From: Octopus vulgaris
Lineage: Eukaryota
Reading direction: 5' to 3'
DNA: 64,000 bases
Assembly: GCA_951406725.2 (NCBI GenBank)
Contig: OX597828.1
Location: 41,540,001 to 41,604,000, forward strand
Below are positions 29,038-41,255 of this stretch, piece after piece (within the stretch, counting starts at the first letter, position 1; every line of letters begins with the position of its first letter). Under the pieces are notes generated by a model. The model was not told the DNA's origin, did not search any database, and saw only the letters and a program-made list of their open reading frames with translations. The position numbers and the translations under genes were made by a program.

Positions 29038-29038
<1 letters not shown>
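28896..29038 (-). mobile_element. SINE family A, left monomer
   Basis: Head similarity; abuts the maT remnant. Confidence 0.85.
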
Positions 29039-29110
<72 letters not shown>

Positions 29111-29819
29111 TGTGTGTGTGTGTGTGTGTGTGTGTGGTAACAGGAGACAGAAGTGACAACTACATATATAGAAGTGTCAATAGAGGGCAGCGCCCAACTC
29201 TACGTACATTAGTAGTATGAACAGAGAACAACTTTGCTTCCATTCAACACTTGACTAAATCGCTATCACAGCCACAGAATCACACCATGTTCCTTGTTGT
29301 AACTAATTCCTCTGAACTTGTCTTGAGAATTGAAACCGATAAAGTCATCCCGGTAAAAGTAAGAGATCAAAAGAGATAAAAGACGAGAAAACGGCGAAAA
29401 GAAAAAAGGGGAAAGGAACAGCTAGGGGTCTCAAGAACTTCCTGTTAGAATTTATCAAAAATTCTTCATGTTTAGCTCGAGTTAAAAACGGTTTGGGTTT
29501 TACTGATTCCCTTAAGAATTTGGTGCCTTAACTGATACGACACATGGTAGTAATTGCCTCAAGGCTTTTTCCTGCTGATTTGTCATTTCAAAGTATCAAC
29601 CACCTTAAAACCTCTGCGTGCTAAAAATAGCAGCCAAATTACATCCGTCTGTCTTTAACTCTGGCACTGCGAAATTAAGTTTCATGGTTATACTAGGAAT
29701 GATGTTACGATATCTACAAAAGTAAAAAAAAATAACAGCAAATAACAACAACAAAAAAATTGGTATTTTCTGCGTGACATATCAGGAAATAATTTTAAAC
29801 TTAGTATTCTTCAACAAAA

Positions 29820-30127
29820 GTGAAGGCACATTGTCTAGTGGTTAGAGCAGCGGACTCGCAGTCGAGGGATCACAGGTTCGAATCTTAGACCAGGTGATGT
29901 GAGTGTTTATGAACGAAAATACCTAAGCCCCACACGGCTCCGTCAGAAGGTAATGGCGAACTTCTGCTGACTCTTTCGCCACAACTTTCTCTCACTCTTT
30001 CCTCCTGCATCTTGCAGCTCACCTGCGACGGACCGGCGTCCCGTCCTGGCGGGGAACCTATACACCAAGGAAACCGGGAAACCGGTCCTATGAGCCAGGT
30101 GTGGTTCGAGAAGGAACAAACAACAAT
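29820..30127 (+). mobile_element. OR1-like SINE head/body joined to alternative tail Y
   Basis: Head/body like 56231-56622, then CTGCGACGGACCGGCGTCCCGTCC...GGAAACCGGTCCTATG...(ACAA)n. Confidence 0.8.
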
Positions 30128-30560
30128 TCTTCGACAAAAGATAGAATGGTATATAAAACTGCATTCTGTTGTCAAGTGTAATGAAATTTTGAGTCGATGT
30201 ATCTGATTTTAGGAGTCAAAGGATACATATAAAGGATGCATTGAATATTATTGATCAAGATATGATTTTTCTAAATTTTAGATGTGATGGTCAGAAGAGG
30301 AACAAATAGGATCGTCGATTTGATCGACCAGAGCTAATCTGAAGCTAAGCAACGAAGACATCAGCAGAAGCGATAATAGTGATGTAAAGGAAACGCCTCA
30401 GTGATGGGGGAGGGGGTGACCATATCGAACAATTATTGGAATATGGGAACCACGGCTTCTTATTAATGGAACTCTTACCATATCTCGTACCTCATACTCG
30501 TTCTCTATCTGCCATAAAAGCAACAAAGACAAACATTAAAATACGATAAAAAAATCTTAG

Positions 30561-30767
30561 GAATGCAGCACGGGTTTTTGTCAGTGAACAGGTCTCGGAT
30601 TTTAGCGACGAAAATATTTTGATAAATTAAACTTAAATGTTGAAGTGAATCGAACGGCTTTTGTGTGTTTCTTAAATGGCTTACAAACACCTTCCACGCC
30701 GCAATTGTTTTCGTTTCAGCACACGATCTCAGATCAAATCACTTGCTATGCGAGTACATCTCCGTAA
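30561..30767 (+). mobile_element. ~205-bp non-autonomous element carrying a G3:C8 hammerhead-like motif (copy 1)
   Basis: Roughly 90% identical to the reverse complement of 61079-61283; motif at 30577-30626. Confidence 0.8.
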
Positions 30768-30923
30768 ATGTTTTATTTATATTCAACTTATCATGGATGT
30801 CTTCTTTAGAACACCGAATACTGCGTTATTAGCCTTGAGAGATTCTCTCATGCTGGTGCTTGGTGTATAAAAGCACACGCATAGATCGTAGCAGGCGAGA
30901 ATCGTCTGTAATGGGCACCGCGA

Positions 30924-30969
30924 CTCCCATATCATGTGATTTCAGTGTACTGGACATCATCAGTGGAAG
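30924..30969 (-). ncRNA. Minimal type I hammerhead-ribozyme-like motif
   Basis: CTTCCA-CTGATGA-TGTCCAGTACACT-GAAA-TCACATGA-TA-TGGGAG: 6-bp stem I, canonical core, near-palindromic stem III, weak stem II. Confidence 0.6.
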
Positions 30970-32045
30970 GCGTCAGGTCACTCAAATCTCGCTGCTGCGA
31001 TGTATAGATTATCAACATCTTTGCGGATGGTGATGTCGCAGATGGGCAGCAGGTTTATTAGAAATTAATTATTAGCAACGGAAACAACATTGGTACTTTT
31101 TGGCATTAATTCTGATTATATCCAGCTTAGCGTGGCTGTCTTGTTAGAACAGTGAATAGTTTGTGATTAGCCTTGAGTGATCCCCTCATATCGGTGCTTA
31201 GTTTTCTGTTTGTCAGAATATGCAATACCTTGCAAATGTATGACTATACAATAAGGTGCACAAACGCACAAGTATGAATATGCACACAAACACATATACA
31301 CACATAATACATACATATATACATGCATACATACATACATACATACATACATACATACATACATACATACATACATACAGATCCAATCCATCACTGGAAC
31401 CGTAAAGATCTGTAAAACTTCCCAAAAGTTTATCATTTAAGTATATATGAGCTTGTCAAGCTATGCAAGCATATGCATGCGAATACATACATAAAACAAA
31501 ACATACAAATCTGCATTCATACATGCAAATCTATCTTGTTGTTGAAGTTCAAATTCTAGTGAAGGAGCCTTGGATCTAGGTAAGAAACCGGCTCTTTCTC
31601 TATTGGCAATAAATCTTGAAATAAAACAGAATAATGACTTACATACATAGTGCAGTTAACATCAAATGAGCAGGTGTAGAGAATCGTTTAAAAATACTTT
31701 TTTGAACATTTCTTTTCCAGTTACGCCAATTCCTCCATTTCAAATCAGTAACAGTTTTTTTGTTCTGTTACCAAATAAAAGAAACACCTTTTATTTACCA
31801 ACGTAACGTTATTTAGGATGGATCACAAAGGTCATCTTACAACACGTGGAATTTTACTTGTACGGTTATAGCTATTGGGTTTCCAGTGAAAAGAAATCAA
31901 CCAGCTAACACGCCTATTACAAATGCACTCTGTAAGCGGAACAGTAAAAATATGCAAAACTTTCTTTCGCTTTAAGATAAGACATTGTTTTCATTATCTA
32001 CATTCCAACTCTGGAGCTTTGTATCATTATTAGAAAAAGTAACTA

Positions 32046-32478
32046 AGACGGTTAGCGGGCAGAATTGTTAGCAATCCGGGCGAAATGCTTAGCGGTATTT
32101 CGTTTGTGGTTACGTTCTGAGTTCAAATTCCGCCGAGGTCGACTTTGCCTTTCATCCTTTCGGGGTCGATAAATTAAGTACCAGTTACGCACTGGGGTCG
32201 ATATAATCGACTTAATCCGTTTGTCTATCCTTGTTTGTCCTCTCTGTGTTTAGCCCCTTGTGGGTAGTAAAGAAATAGGTATTTCGTCTGTGGTTACGTT
32301 CTGAGTTCAAATTCCACCGAGGTCGACTTTGTTTTCCATCCTTTCGGGGTCGATAAATTAAGTACCAGTAGAACACTGGGGTCAATAAATTAAGTACCAG
32401 TGGAACACTGGGATCGATGTAATCGACAATCCCCTCCCTCATAATTGCAGGCCTTGTGCCTGTAGTAGAAAAGATTAT
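32046..32478 (+). mobile_element. SINE family B dimer
   Basis: Head plus two internal units; ends GGCCTTGTGCCTGTAGTAGAAAAGATTATT. Confidence 0.9.
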
Positions 32479-33227
32479 TAGGAAGTAGCATCTTCCTTAC
32501 AGGATGCCTTTAGATAGTTAAAACAGAGAAGAACATAGGTAAATGCACACCTGCATACATACATACATACATACATACATACATACATACATACATACAT
32601 ACATACATAAATATATATACATATAAACATACATACGTACACACATACACACATACATACATACATACGTACACACACACATACATGCACACACATATAT
32701 ACATACACGCATACACACATGCATACACACATACATACACACATACACATACACGCACATAAATACACACATACATTCATACATACATACATACATACGT
32801 ATTCACACACACTCATACATACATACATGCACAGATACATACGTACACATACATACACACATACATAGACACATACATAGACACATACATACACACATGC
32901 ATACACGCATACATACATACACACACATACATACACACTCATACACACACACACACATGCATATATACATTGATACATGCGTTCCGAGGAGACGATTCCA
33001 CCGTGTGCTATGAAGAAAAAAATTGCAGTGTTGGGAAAAAAGTCAATAATTGCGGATATGGCAAACATGATGTAAGATTGGTTTCTTGGTAACCGACGAA
33101 ACAATTGTAAACGAGACATTAAACACAATTTGCTTACTCGATATTTTTTATTACAGGTACACACATAATTCATATGTATATGTATGTACATACGTACACA
33201 CACACACACATACACACATGCATATAT

Positions 33228-33412
33228 AACACCGGTTGTTAAGCGGTGGTAGGGGTCAAACGCAGAGACACACACACACACATATATATGACAGGCTTCT
33301 TTCAATTTCCGTCTACCAAATAAATCCACTCACAAGGCTTTGGTCGGCCCGAGGTTATAGCAGAAGACACTTGCGCAAGGTGCTACGCAGTGGGACTGAA
33401 ACCAGGACCACG
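33228..33412 (-). mobile_element. SINE family A fragment
   Basis: Similarity to consensus. Confidence 0.8.
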
Positions 33413-33630
33413 TGCTTCAACAGCGCCATACAAGTCACATGACAATAATTACGTCTCATGACAATTGTTATGTAGGTCACGTGACTAATTATATACTCTA
33501 TTAGCTTACCGGATATTATTGTCTCCGTATCTGTCTGTCTGTCTCCTTTCTTTTCTAAATCACAGAATTATCATCTCAATCTCCATCAACCTCTCTCCTG
33601 CTCGCTTACAATTTCTCCATCGCATCAAGC

Positions 33631-33631
<1 letters not shown>

Positions 33632-33661
<30 letters not shown>

Positions 33662-33732
33662 CTTCTTCTTCTTCTTCTTCTTCTTCTTCTTCTTCTTCTT
33701 CTTCTTCTTCTTCTTCTTCTTCCTCTTCTCTC

Positions 33733-33770
<38 letters not shown>
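33632..33770. repeat. (TTC)n followed by (TC)n
   Basis: Direct reading. Confidence 0.95.
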
Positions 33771-33773
<3 letters not shown>

Positions 33774-33904
33774 CTTCCCCTCACCATTTTGTCTTTCTTT
33801 CTTACATTTTATTTTCTTTCTTTCCTCGTCAAGAAATATTTAATGTATTTCACTTTTTCACACACACACGCACACACACACATGTAGTTACATATACAGA
33901 CATA

Positions 33905-34014
<110 letters not shown>

Positions 34015-34017
34015 ATA

Positions 34018-34068
<51 letters not shown>

Positions 34069-34198
34069 GATTGTCTGTCTGTCTGTCTGTCTATCTGTCT
34101 GTCTGTGTGTCAGTGTCTATCTATCAGTATATCATAACATATATGTCACATCATATGTATATATCATATATGTACGTTCGTGTTTGTGTATGTGTATG

Positions 34199-34250
<52 letters not shown>

Positions 34251-34399
34251 ACTATGTATATAAACTTGTGTGTGTGTGAATACACACACACACACACACA
34301 CATATGTAAGATGCATATTTAACTTAATTGCGATAAAATTCTTCCTCCAATTGTCAGTACATTCACAGACAACATTATAACTATTGTTTAAACATCATC

Positions 34400-35830
34400 A
34401 CTACCATCACTATAACATCAATACCACCACCACCACCACCACCACTGCCGCCGCCGCCGCCGCCGCCGCCACCACCACCACCACCACCACCACTACCATT
34501 GCCACTAATATCACTATCACCATCACCTCTAACAATACCACTACTATTACTATACTGTTCATACCGCCACTGCCGGCACCACCACTACAACCATCACCAA
34601 GAGCCACCATCACCACCACACAACAACAGCAGCAACAACAACAACAACAGCAACAAACGCAAATCGCTACAGCATCAGCAGTAGTACTACCGCCACCACC
34701 ACCACTGGCACCACCACCGCCACCACCACCACCACCACCACAACAACAGCAACAAACGCAAGTTGCTACAGCAGCACTACCACCACCACAACCACAACCA
34801 ACACCACCCCCACCACAACCACCACCACAACCACCACCACCACAACCACCACCACCACAAGCACCACCACAACAACAGCACCAAACGCAAGTCGCTACAG
34901 CAGCAGCAGCACTAACACCACCACCACCACCACTACCCCCACCACCAACACCAACCATGCCACCACCGTCGCTACCTCTGCCGCCATGTTCGATCCTTTT
35001 CCCTAATCCCTAATCCAATTCCGTTCCCATTGATCCATGCATCATTAAAATGTAATTTCAATTGTTGGAAAATTTGGCAAAGAACATCCAACGTCAGATT
35101 GGAATTGGTGAGGAATTCTTTGAATTGATTTATCAGTCGAAACAATTGGTAGGTGCGGGAGGAGGGGGGTGTAGTTGGTGTTGGTGTTGTTGGTGATGAT
35201 GGTGAAAGAGTAGGCGGTAGTGGTGATGGTGGTAGTGATGATGTTGATGTTGATGGTGACAGTGATGGTGGTGGTGGTGGTGAAAGAGTTGGTGGTGGCG
35301 GGGATGGTGCTGCTGATTGTGGTGGGGGTGGAATTGGTGTGTTTGTTGTTGTTGATGATGATGATGATGGTGATGGTGGTGGTGGTGGTGTAGATGATGT
35401 AGTTGGTATGGTGGCGCTGGTGGTGGTGGTGGTGATGATGGTGAGGGAAACTGGTGTGTTTGCTGTTGTTGTTGTTCATGGTGGTGGTGGTGTTATTGGT
35501 GTTATTGTAGGTAAGGGTGATGGTGTTGGTGCTGTTGCTGATGATGATGAAGGTGATGTTGCCATCGTTGTTTGTGGTGTGAGTGTTTTTGCCGTAGTAG
35601 TAGTAGTAGTAGTAGTAATAGTAGTTGTTGTTGTAACTTGTTATTATTGTTGTTGTTGTAGCTGTTATTGTTGTAGTTGTTGTAGTAGTTATAGTAACAG
35701 CAGCAGCAGTAGTAGTTGTATTGGTGTTAGTGTCGCTGTGACGTCATCGTTGTTGTTAGTGTCGTTAGCGATGTTGGAGGTGATGTTGTTGTTGTTGCTG
35801 TTATTGGTTGTCGCATTAGTGGTGGTGGTC
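34400..35830. repeat. (CCA/CAA)n block then (GGT/GTT)n block, low complexity
   Basis: Direct reading; source of the poly-P/Q/T and poly-G/V ORFs. Confidence 0.85.
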
Positions 35831-36204
35831 GTGGTGGTACTGTTGGCGTGTCCGGCGGTGTTAGTGTTATTGTTATTGACGTCGTTGATAGAATCAAATG
35901 CTGACGTTGCTTGTGACGTTGGCGATGACATTCCTGTCTTCTTCTAATCAGGACTTACGCCATTAGTCACAAAGAATAATCTCTAATCCGAGCCTACTCT
36001 AAGCTACTAAGAATGCATGCGGCAACTTGAAGATCCACCCACCATTCGCGATAGACTGGAGGTTGCACGGGCGCGAAAGCTACGTTGTTATCCTCATTCA
36101 GTAATCGGTGGTATTTAACGGGTGGAGAGCTGAACCATCCTGGGGTACAGAGGATTCGCAATCTAGACTTGGGTCTGAAAATTTACCTCTGCTTTGTGGC
36201 AGAA

Positions 36205-36377
36205 GTAGGAAGAAAGAGTGAGAGAAAGTTGTGGTGAAAGAGCACTGCGGGGTTCACCTCGTGGAGCTTAGGTGTTTTTGCTTAATAAACACTCACAATG
36301 CTCGGTCTTGGAATCGAAACCGCGTTCTTACGACCGCGAGTCCGCTGCCCCTAACCACTGGGGCATTGCGCCTCCAC
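36205..36377 (-). mobile_element. OR1-like SINE, 5' part
   Basis: Matches the head of 56231-56622. Confidence 0.8.
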
Positions 36378-36769
36378 TGATATTGCTGTTGGCGTTGATG
36401 TGTAGATAGATGCTAATGGAGTTAATAATGTGGCTATTACTGTCGTAATAATGTTGCTGCTGTTGCTGTAGTGGTTGTTGTTGTTAGTGTTGTTTATTCG
36501 TTCTAATCCTCTGAGACGATGTACATTGTTTGAAACCAATGTTATTGTTTCCCCTACATCCCAACACACATACACGGACACATGACACATATGCACACAC
36601 ACACACACACACACACACATACATCTAATTTAGAGTCAGTCTGATCGATAAAATATTATTAATGAGGAATCGATTGAATGATTTCCTGATTTATGTTTTT
36701 ATAACAAGGAAAATAATACCCAATCACTGTGAGAAGGCACAATATCTATCTGTCTGCCTGTCTGTCTGT

Positions 36770-36848
<79 letters not shown>

Positions 36849-37263
36849 ATTTCTTTATTGCCAACAAGGGGCTAAACATAGAGGGAACAAACTAGGACAG
36901 ACAAACAGATTAAGCCGATTACATCGACCCCAGTGCGTAACTGGTACTGAATTTATCGACCTCGAAAGGATGAAAGGCAAAGTCGACCTCGGCGGAATTT
37001 GAACTCAGAACTTAACGGCAGACGAAATACCTATTTCTTTCTTTACCCACAAGGGGCTAAACACAGAGAGGACAAACAAGGACAGATAAACGGATTAAGT
37101 CGATTATATCGATCCCAGTGCGTAACTGGTACTTATTTAATCGACCCCGAAAGGATGAAAGGCAAAGTCGACCTCAGCGGAATTTGAACTCAGAACTTAA
37201 CGGCAGACAAAATACCGCTAAGCATTGCTCCTGGCATGCTAACGTTTCTACCAGCTCACCGCC

Positions 37264-37265
<2 letters not shown>
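36849..37265 (-). mobile_element. SINE family B dimer within (TATC)n
   Basis: Two internal units plus head; TATC repeats on both sides. Confidence 0.9.
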
Positions 37266-37345
<80 letters not shown>

Positions 37346-37415
37346 GTGTATATGTATGTATACAGATGCACGCTCATATACACACACACACATACACACA
37401 CACACCATGTGCTTA

Positions 37416-37677
37416 CAGCATTTTCCGGCATACAAGTCGAATTTTTTCCGCCCAAAATTTAATGCCAAAATTGATGGGTCGACTAATACACCAAGACGAC
37501 TTTGAAAGACCAAAAATTCCATGTGAAATGCAGCAGGATTTGGGAAGACAGTGACGACGTCTGAACGTTCGCACTACACGTCGACACCGTGTACTACGTC
37601 GACACCGTGTACTACGTCGACACCGTGTACTACGTCGACACCGTGTACTACGTCGACTTGTCTGCCGGAAAATACGG
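37416..37677. mobile_element. TA-flanked MITE with ~25-bp TIRs and an internal 18-bp tandem repeat
   Basis: TA-CAGCATTTTCCGGCATACAAGTCGA ... TCGACTTGTCTGCCGGAAAATACGG-TA; (CTACGTCGACACCGTGTA) about 4 times. Confidence 0.85.
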
Positions 37678-38879
37678 TAAAGCGCTGCGAGATCACTAGC
37701 TTTTGTATGCACTGTATCTTATTTTCTTATGTGTCTACATTCAAGATGATGATGGTGGTGGTGGTTATAAACCTGATCCTTCTCTCTATATCAGGAACCG
37801 CTCCAAAATTTGCAGCAGAAGAGAAGCTTGCCCCCCCCCCCCGCAAAAAAAACAAAACAAAACAAAAAAAAACCAAAACAAAATGAGGCTCGCTCTCTCA
37901 TTGGAATTTAGATAACGGCAAAACTAAAGCTACATCTTGAATTTCAAAAAGATTTTTTTTCTTTTTCGTTTTTGTTTTAACTATTCCACTTATATATTGG
38001 ATCTACAGATTATACGAGCCAGAATGGTTTCTTAAGAAATGTCAAACTATACTTCTGTCACGTTGCAAACTGGATACACATGTTCAAGAGAGATTAGGGA
38101 CAATTTATTACTTAGTCAAAAGTCGGTGGTTCCTCTCATCATCTCCCACTGGGTGGGTGCGTAGGTGAGTAGGAGGGGGCCTAGGGGTAAAGGATCGACT
38201 GGAGAAACTAGAGACTTAGGATGGAGACGACCGGGCGTAGTTATTTGGACGTTGGCGATTTGGCATGGCTGAATGGACACCGAAACTGTTTTGATACATT
38301 GGTGTGGGGACGGAAATATTTTTTGGAGCTGGAGGTAAACACACCCACACACATACACATGCGTGTGCGTGCTTAGAAATATACACGGACAGATAGAGTG
38401 AGAAAGAGAGAGAGGGGGAGAGAGAAAGAAAGAGAGATAGATAGAGATAAATAGAGCGAGAGAAAGAGAGAGTGAGAGGTGGAGAAGAAGAGAAACATTA
38501 AAATGTCTTATGTCAAATAAGTCAGCGTCGAATCACCGACGCTAAATAAACAGCGCCTAAACGGTTCATACACCGGAGACTCGGCACGAACGCAGCAAAT
38601 TAGAGATTTCTGTGATATAAGATCCCAAAGAACCCAATCAGGTGGTGCTTTTAAAACGAGTGGCGCATGAACTCTACCACCGATAACCAGTTAGAGCCAT
38701 TCCAGGGAGTTTCTGCCCAGTTACCGTTCATGAAATTCCTCCATAAGACTTTGGTAGATCCAAGACTATGATGGAAAATACCCAAATTGTCGCATTCTGT
38801 GAACGAACCCAAAACCACGCATGCCAAGTGAACCTCTTAACCACACAGGTATGCCTGCTCACAGATTACAGTCTAAAAA

Positions 38880-39108
38880 CACTTTCTCGGGTCATATAGA
38901 CCCATAGGGCCGGTTTGCCGGCTTCTGTGGCGTATGTATTCCCCCTCCTGGACAGGACGCCAGTCCTTGGAAGGATTACTTATGTTTACATGCTGAGTGA
39001 ACTGGAGCAAGGTGAAATGAAGAGTTTTGCTCAAGGACACAATGCCTCGCTCGGTCCTGGAATCGAAACCGCAATCCAACAGTCCTAACCACTTTGCCAT
39101 TCACCTTC
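38880..39108 (-). mobile_element. CORE-type (OR2-like body) SINE with alternative tail Y
   Basis: Reverse complement: TTGTGTCCTTGAGCAAAACT body followed by GGACTGGCGTCCTGTCCAGG...AAACCGGCCCTATG. Confidence 0.7.
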
Positions 39109-39198
39109 GCGAGATTACTAGTCTTAGAGTGAGAATTTGAATCAATGTGGAATTAAATGTGGAACAACAATATTTCATGTAGATATTAAGTCCATATC

Positions 39199-39560
39199 CC
39201 TCCTCGGAACTTTCCAAGAAGTCCTTCCCTCATACTCTTCCTCCCTTTCGCCCCATCGGAACTTTCCAGGAAGTCTTCTCCCGCCTCTTCATTCCCTTCC
39301 TCGGAATTTTCCAAGAAATCTTCCTCCTTCCTCCCCTCCCCACCTCGGGACTTTCCAGGAAGTTCCCCTCCTCTCCTTCCATCTCTTCCGACTTTTCCAC
39401 TCATCCGCCTCCTTCGGACTTTCCCAGGAAGTCCCACTCACCCCTCTTCGGACTTTCCCAGGAAATCCCACTCATCCCCTCCTCGGAACTTTCCAGGAAG
39501 TCCTTCCTCCCCTTCCTCCCCACCTCCCCACTCTTCCTCCCTCTCCTCCACGCCCCTTCC
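39199..39560 (+). repeat. Array of 7-8 CGGAACTTTCCAGGAAGT motifs with pyrimidine spacers
   Basis: Direct reading; same motif family as 52025-52790. Confidence 0.85.
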
Positions 39561-39919
39561 TCCCCTTCCTCCCTCTTGCCTTTCATCATTTCGGGGTCAA
39601 GAAAATGAGTAACACTCGAGCATTGAGGTCCATATTATCAACTAGATCGGACCCTAAAATTTCAGGCTTGTACTTATAGTCGAAAGAATAGTACCCTTAA
39701 TATTAAAGTGGCGAACTAAGGTGGAAAGATGGCGAAATCGATAGAATGGGGGGGGGGGGCAAAATACAAAGTAGTATTTGAGTTCAAATTATGCCGAGGG
39801 CTGGCTTTGCCTGTCATCCTTTCGGAGTCGATACCATAAGTACCTGTTGTACGCTGGCGTCGATGTAATCGACCATCTTCGCCTTCACCCAAATTTCAGG
39901 CCTTGTGTCTATAACAGAC

Positions 39920-39920
<1 letters not shown>

Positions 39921-39972
<52 letters not shown>

Positions 39973-39997
39973 TAATAACAATAATAATAATAATAAC

Positions 39998-40044
<47 letters not shown>

Positions 40045-40069
40045 TAATAACAATAATAATAATAATAAC

Positions 40070-40123
<54 letters not shown>
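39921..40123. repeat. (AAT)n microsatellite
   Basis: Direct reading. Confidence 0.95.
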
Positions 40124-40125
<2 letters not shown>

Positions 40126-40170
40126 ATTATTTACATTTCACGGATATTTGTCCTCATCTTGTTTGTTGTT

Positions 40171-40218
40171 AAACACAACGTTTCAGCTGATATACCCTCC
40201 AGCCTTCATCAGGTGTCT
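40171..40218 (-). ncRNA. Minimal type I hammerhead-ribozyme-like motif (Penelope-like/retrozyme type)
   Basis: AGACAC-CTGATGA-A-GGCTG-GAGGGTATAT-CAGCT-GAAA-CG-TT-GTGTTT: 6-bp stem I, canonical core, 5-bp stem II, palindromic ACGT stem III. Confidence 0.75.
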
Positions 40219-40344
40219 TGGGGAAATTTCGAACCCTGGGTTTTCATTCCTTAGGTATTTTTCGATATTGTTGTTGTTGTTGTTGTTATTATCATTATTA
40301 TTATTATTGTTATTATTATTATTACTACTACTACTACAACAACA

Positions 40345-40403
<59 letters not shown>

Positions 40404-40412
40404 CATTATTAT

Positions 40413-40866
40413 TGAGTGAGAGAGCAGTGCATGTCATCAAAGTGACACTGGGGTAAAATATACGAAGCCCAGTATACCCATCATGACTACCCGTCTGATA
40501 AGGGTACACTAGGCACATGCATCACAACCATATGTGCGCGACATAGTGATCTCATATCAAGATAAACAGCACATGACCTTGTAGGTGGGGCTCAGTTAGA
40601 ATTTTCTTCTGGTCGAGTAACCCATCCTGCTTAAAAGGTCCCTGAACAAGGGTTATTTAAGGATGTTGAACGAAACACCCATGTTTCCAGAGCTGAATTA
40701 TTAAAACCCCAAATAATCCCTCTCAACACATGGCTACGATGCTCCCTCTACTACTTCTGCTCGTGATCAAAGATGCACATATCGTCAGCCACTAAAGGAC
40801 ATGCTCAACTGGTTAAGGTCAAACAACTGATATGCAAATCTGTGGTATTGAGCAGAATATTTGCTG
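40413..40866 (-). mobile_element. Unclassified retroposon-like segment ending in an (AAT)n tail on the minus strand
   Basis: Complex sequence that runs directly into (ATT)/(ACT)n on the plus strand; no ORF; single copy in the window. Confidence 0.35.
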
Positions 40867-40999
40867 GTCTTTTCGGCTTGACCGCGGCCACGTTAACGTT
40901 GTTTTCGTTTTGCCGTAAAGGCTTTTTTCATATACGCCAGCCAAGATAAGTTAAAAATTGTCTAAGTCCTTGTACTGTCCACCATTCATGTTTTTTATT

Positions 41000-41255
41000 T
41001 CTATTTTTGTTTCTTGTATTTATATTCGTGTGGCATCCTGTCTTTGTTCCGTATACATTCGATCCTCTTTCCAAGAAATCCAATGCCTGTGACTTGGTTT
41101 TTCCCTGGGGCTGGCCGGTTCGGAGTAATATCGAGATTAAACAGCCGAAATTACTAAGATGATCCGGTTCCCGACTGAAGATTAGAGGCTTCGAGTGACC
41201 CGTCTGTTTTTTTGTGTCGTCTCTCTGTGTGTTTTTGCGTTCTTGTCCCACTTTA
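41000..41255. repeat. Unclassified interspersed repeat (paralog of 5600-5865)
   Basis: Colinear similarity. Confidence 0.8.

Noticed and set aside
31556-31600. Possible hammerhead (TGAAGGA-GCCT…AGGT-AAGAAACCGG)
   Set aside because: Core and stems do not fit without several changes
33066-33112. Possible hammerhead (…TTGGTT…AACCGAC-GAAA-CAATTG-TA)
   Set aside because: 3' half looks right, with palindromic ACAATTGT, but there is no CUGANGA core and no stem I
36745-37345. SINE B also targeting (TATC)n
   Set aside because: Only one of many SINE B copies has such flanks; consistent with chance, and it cautions against over-reading the single Tx1 insertion
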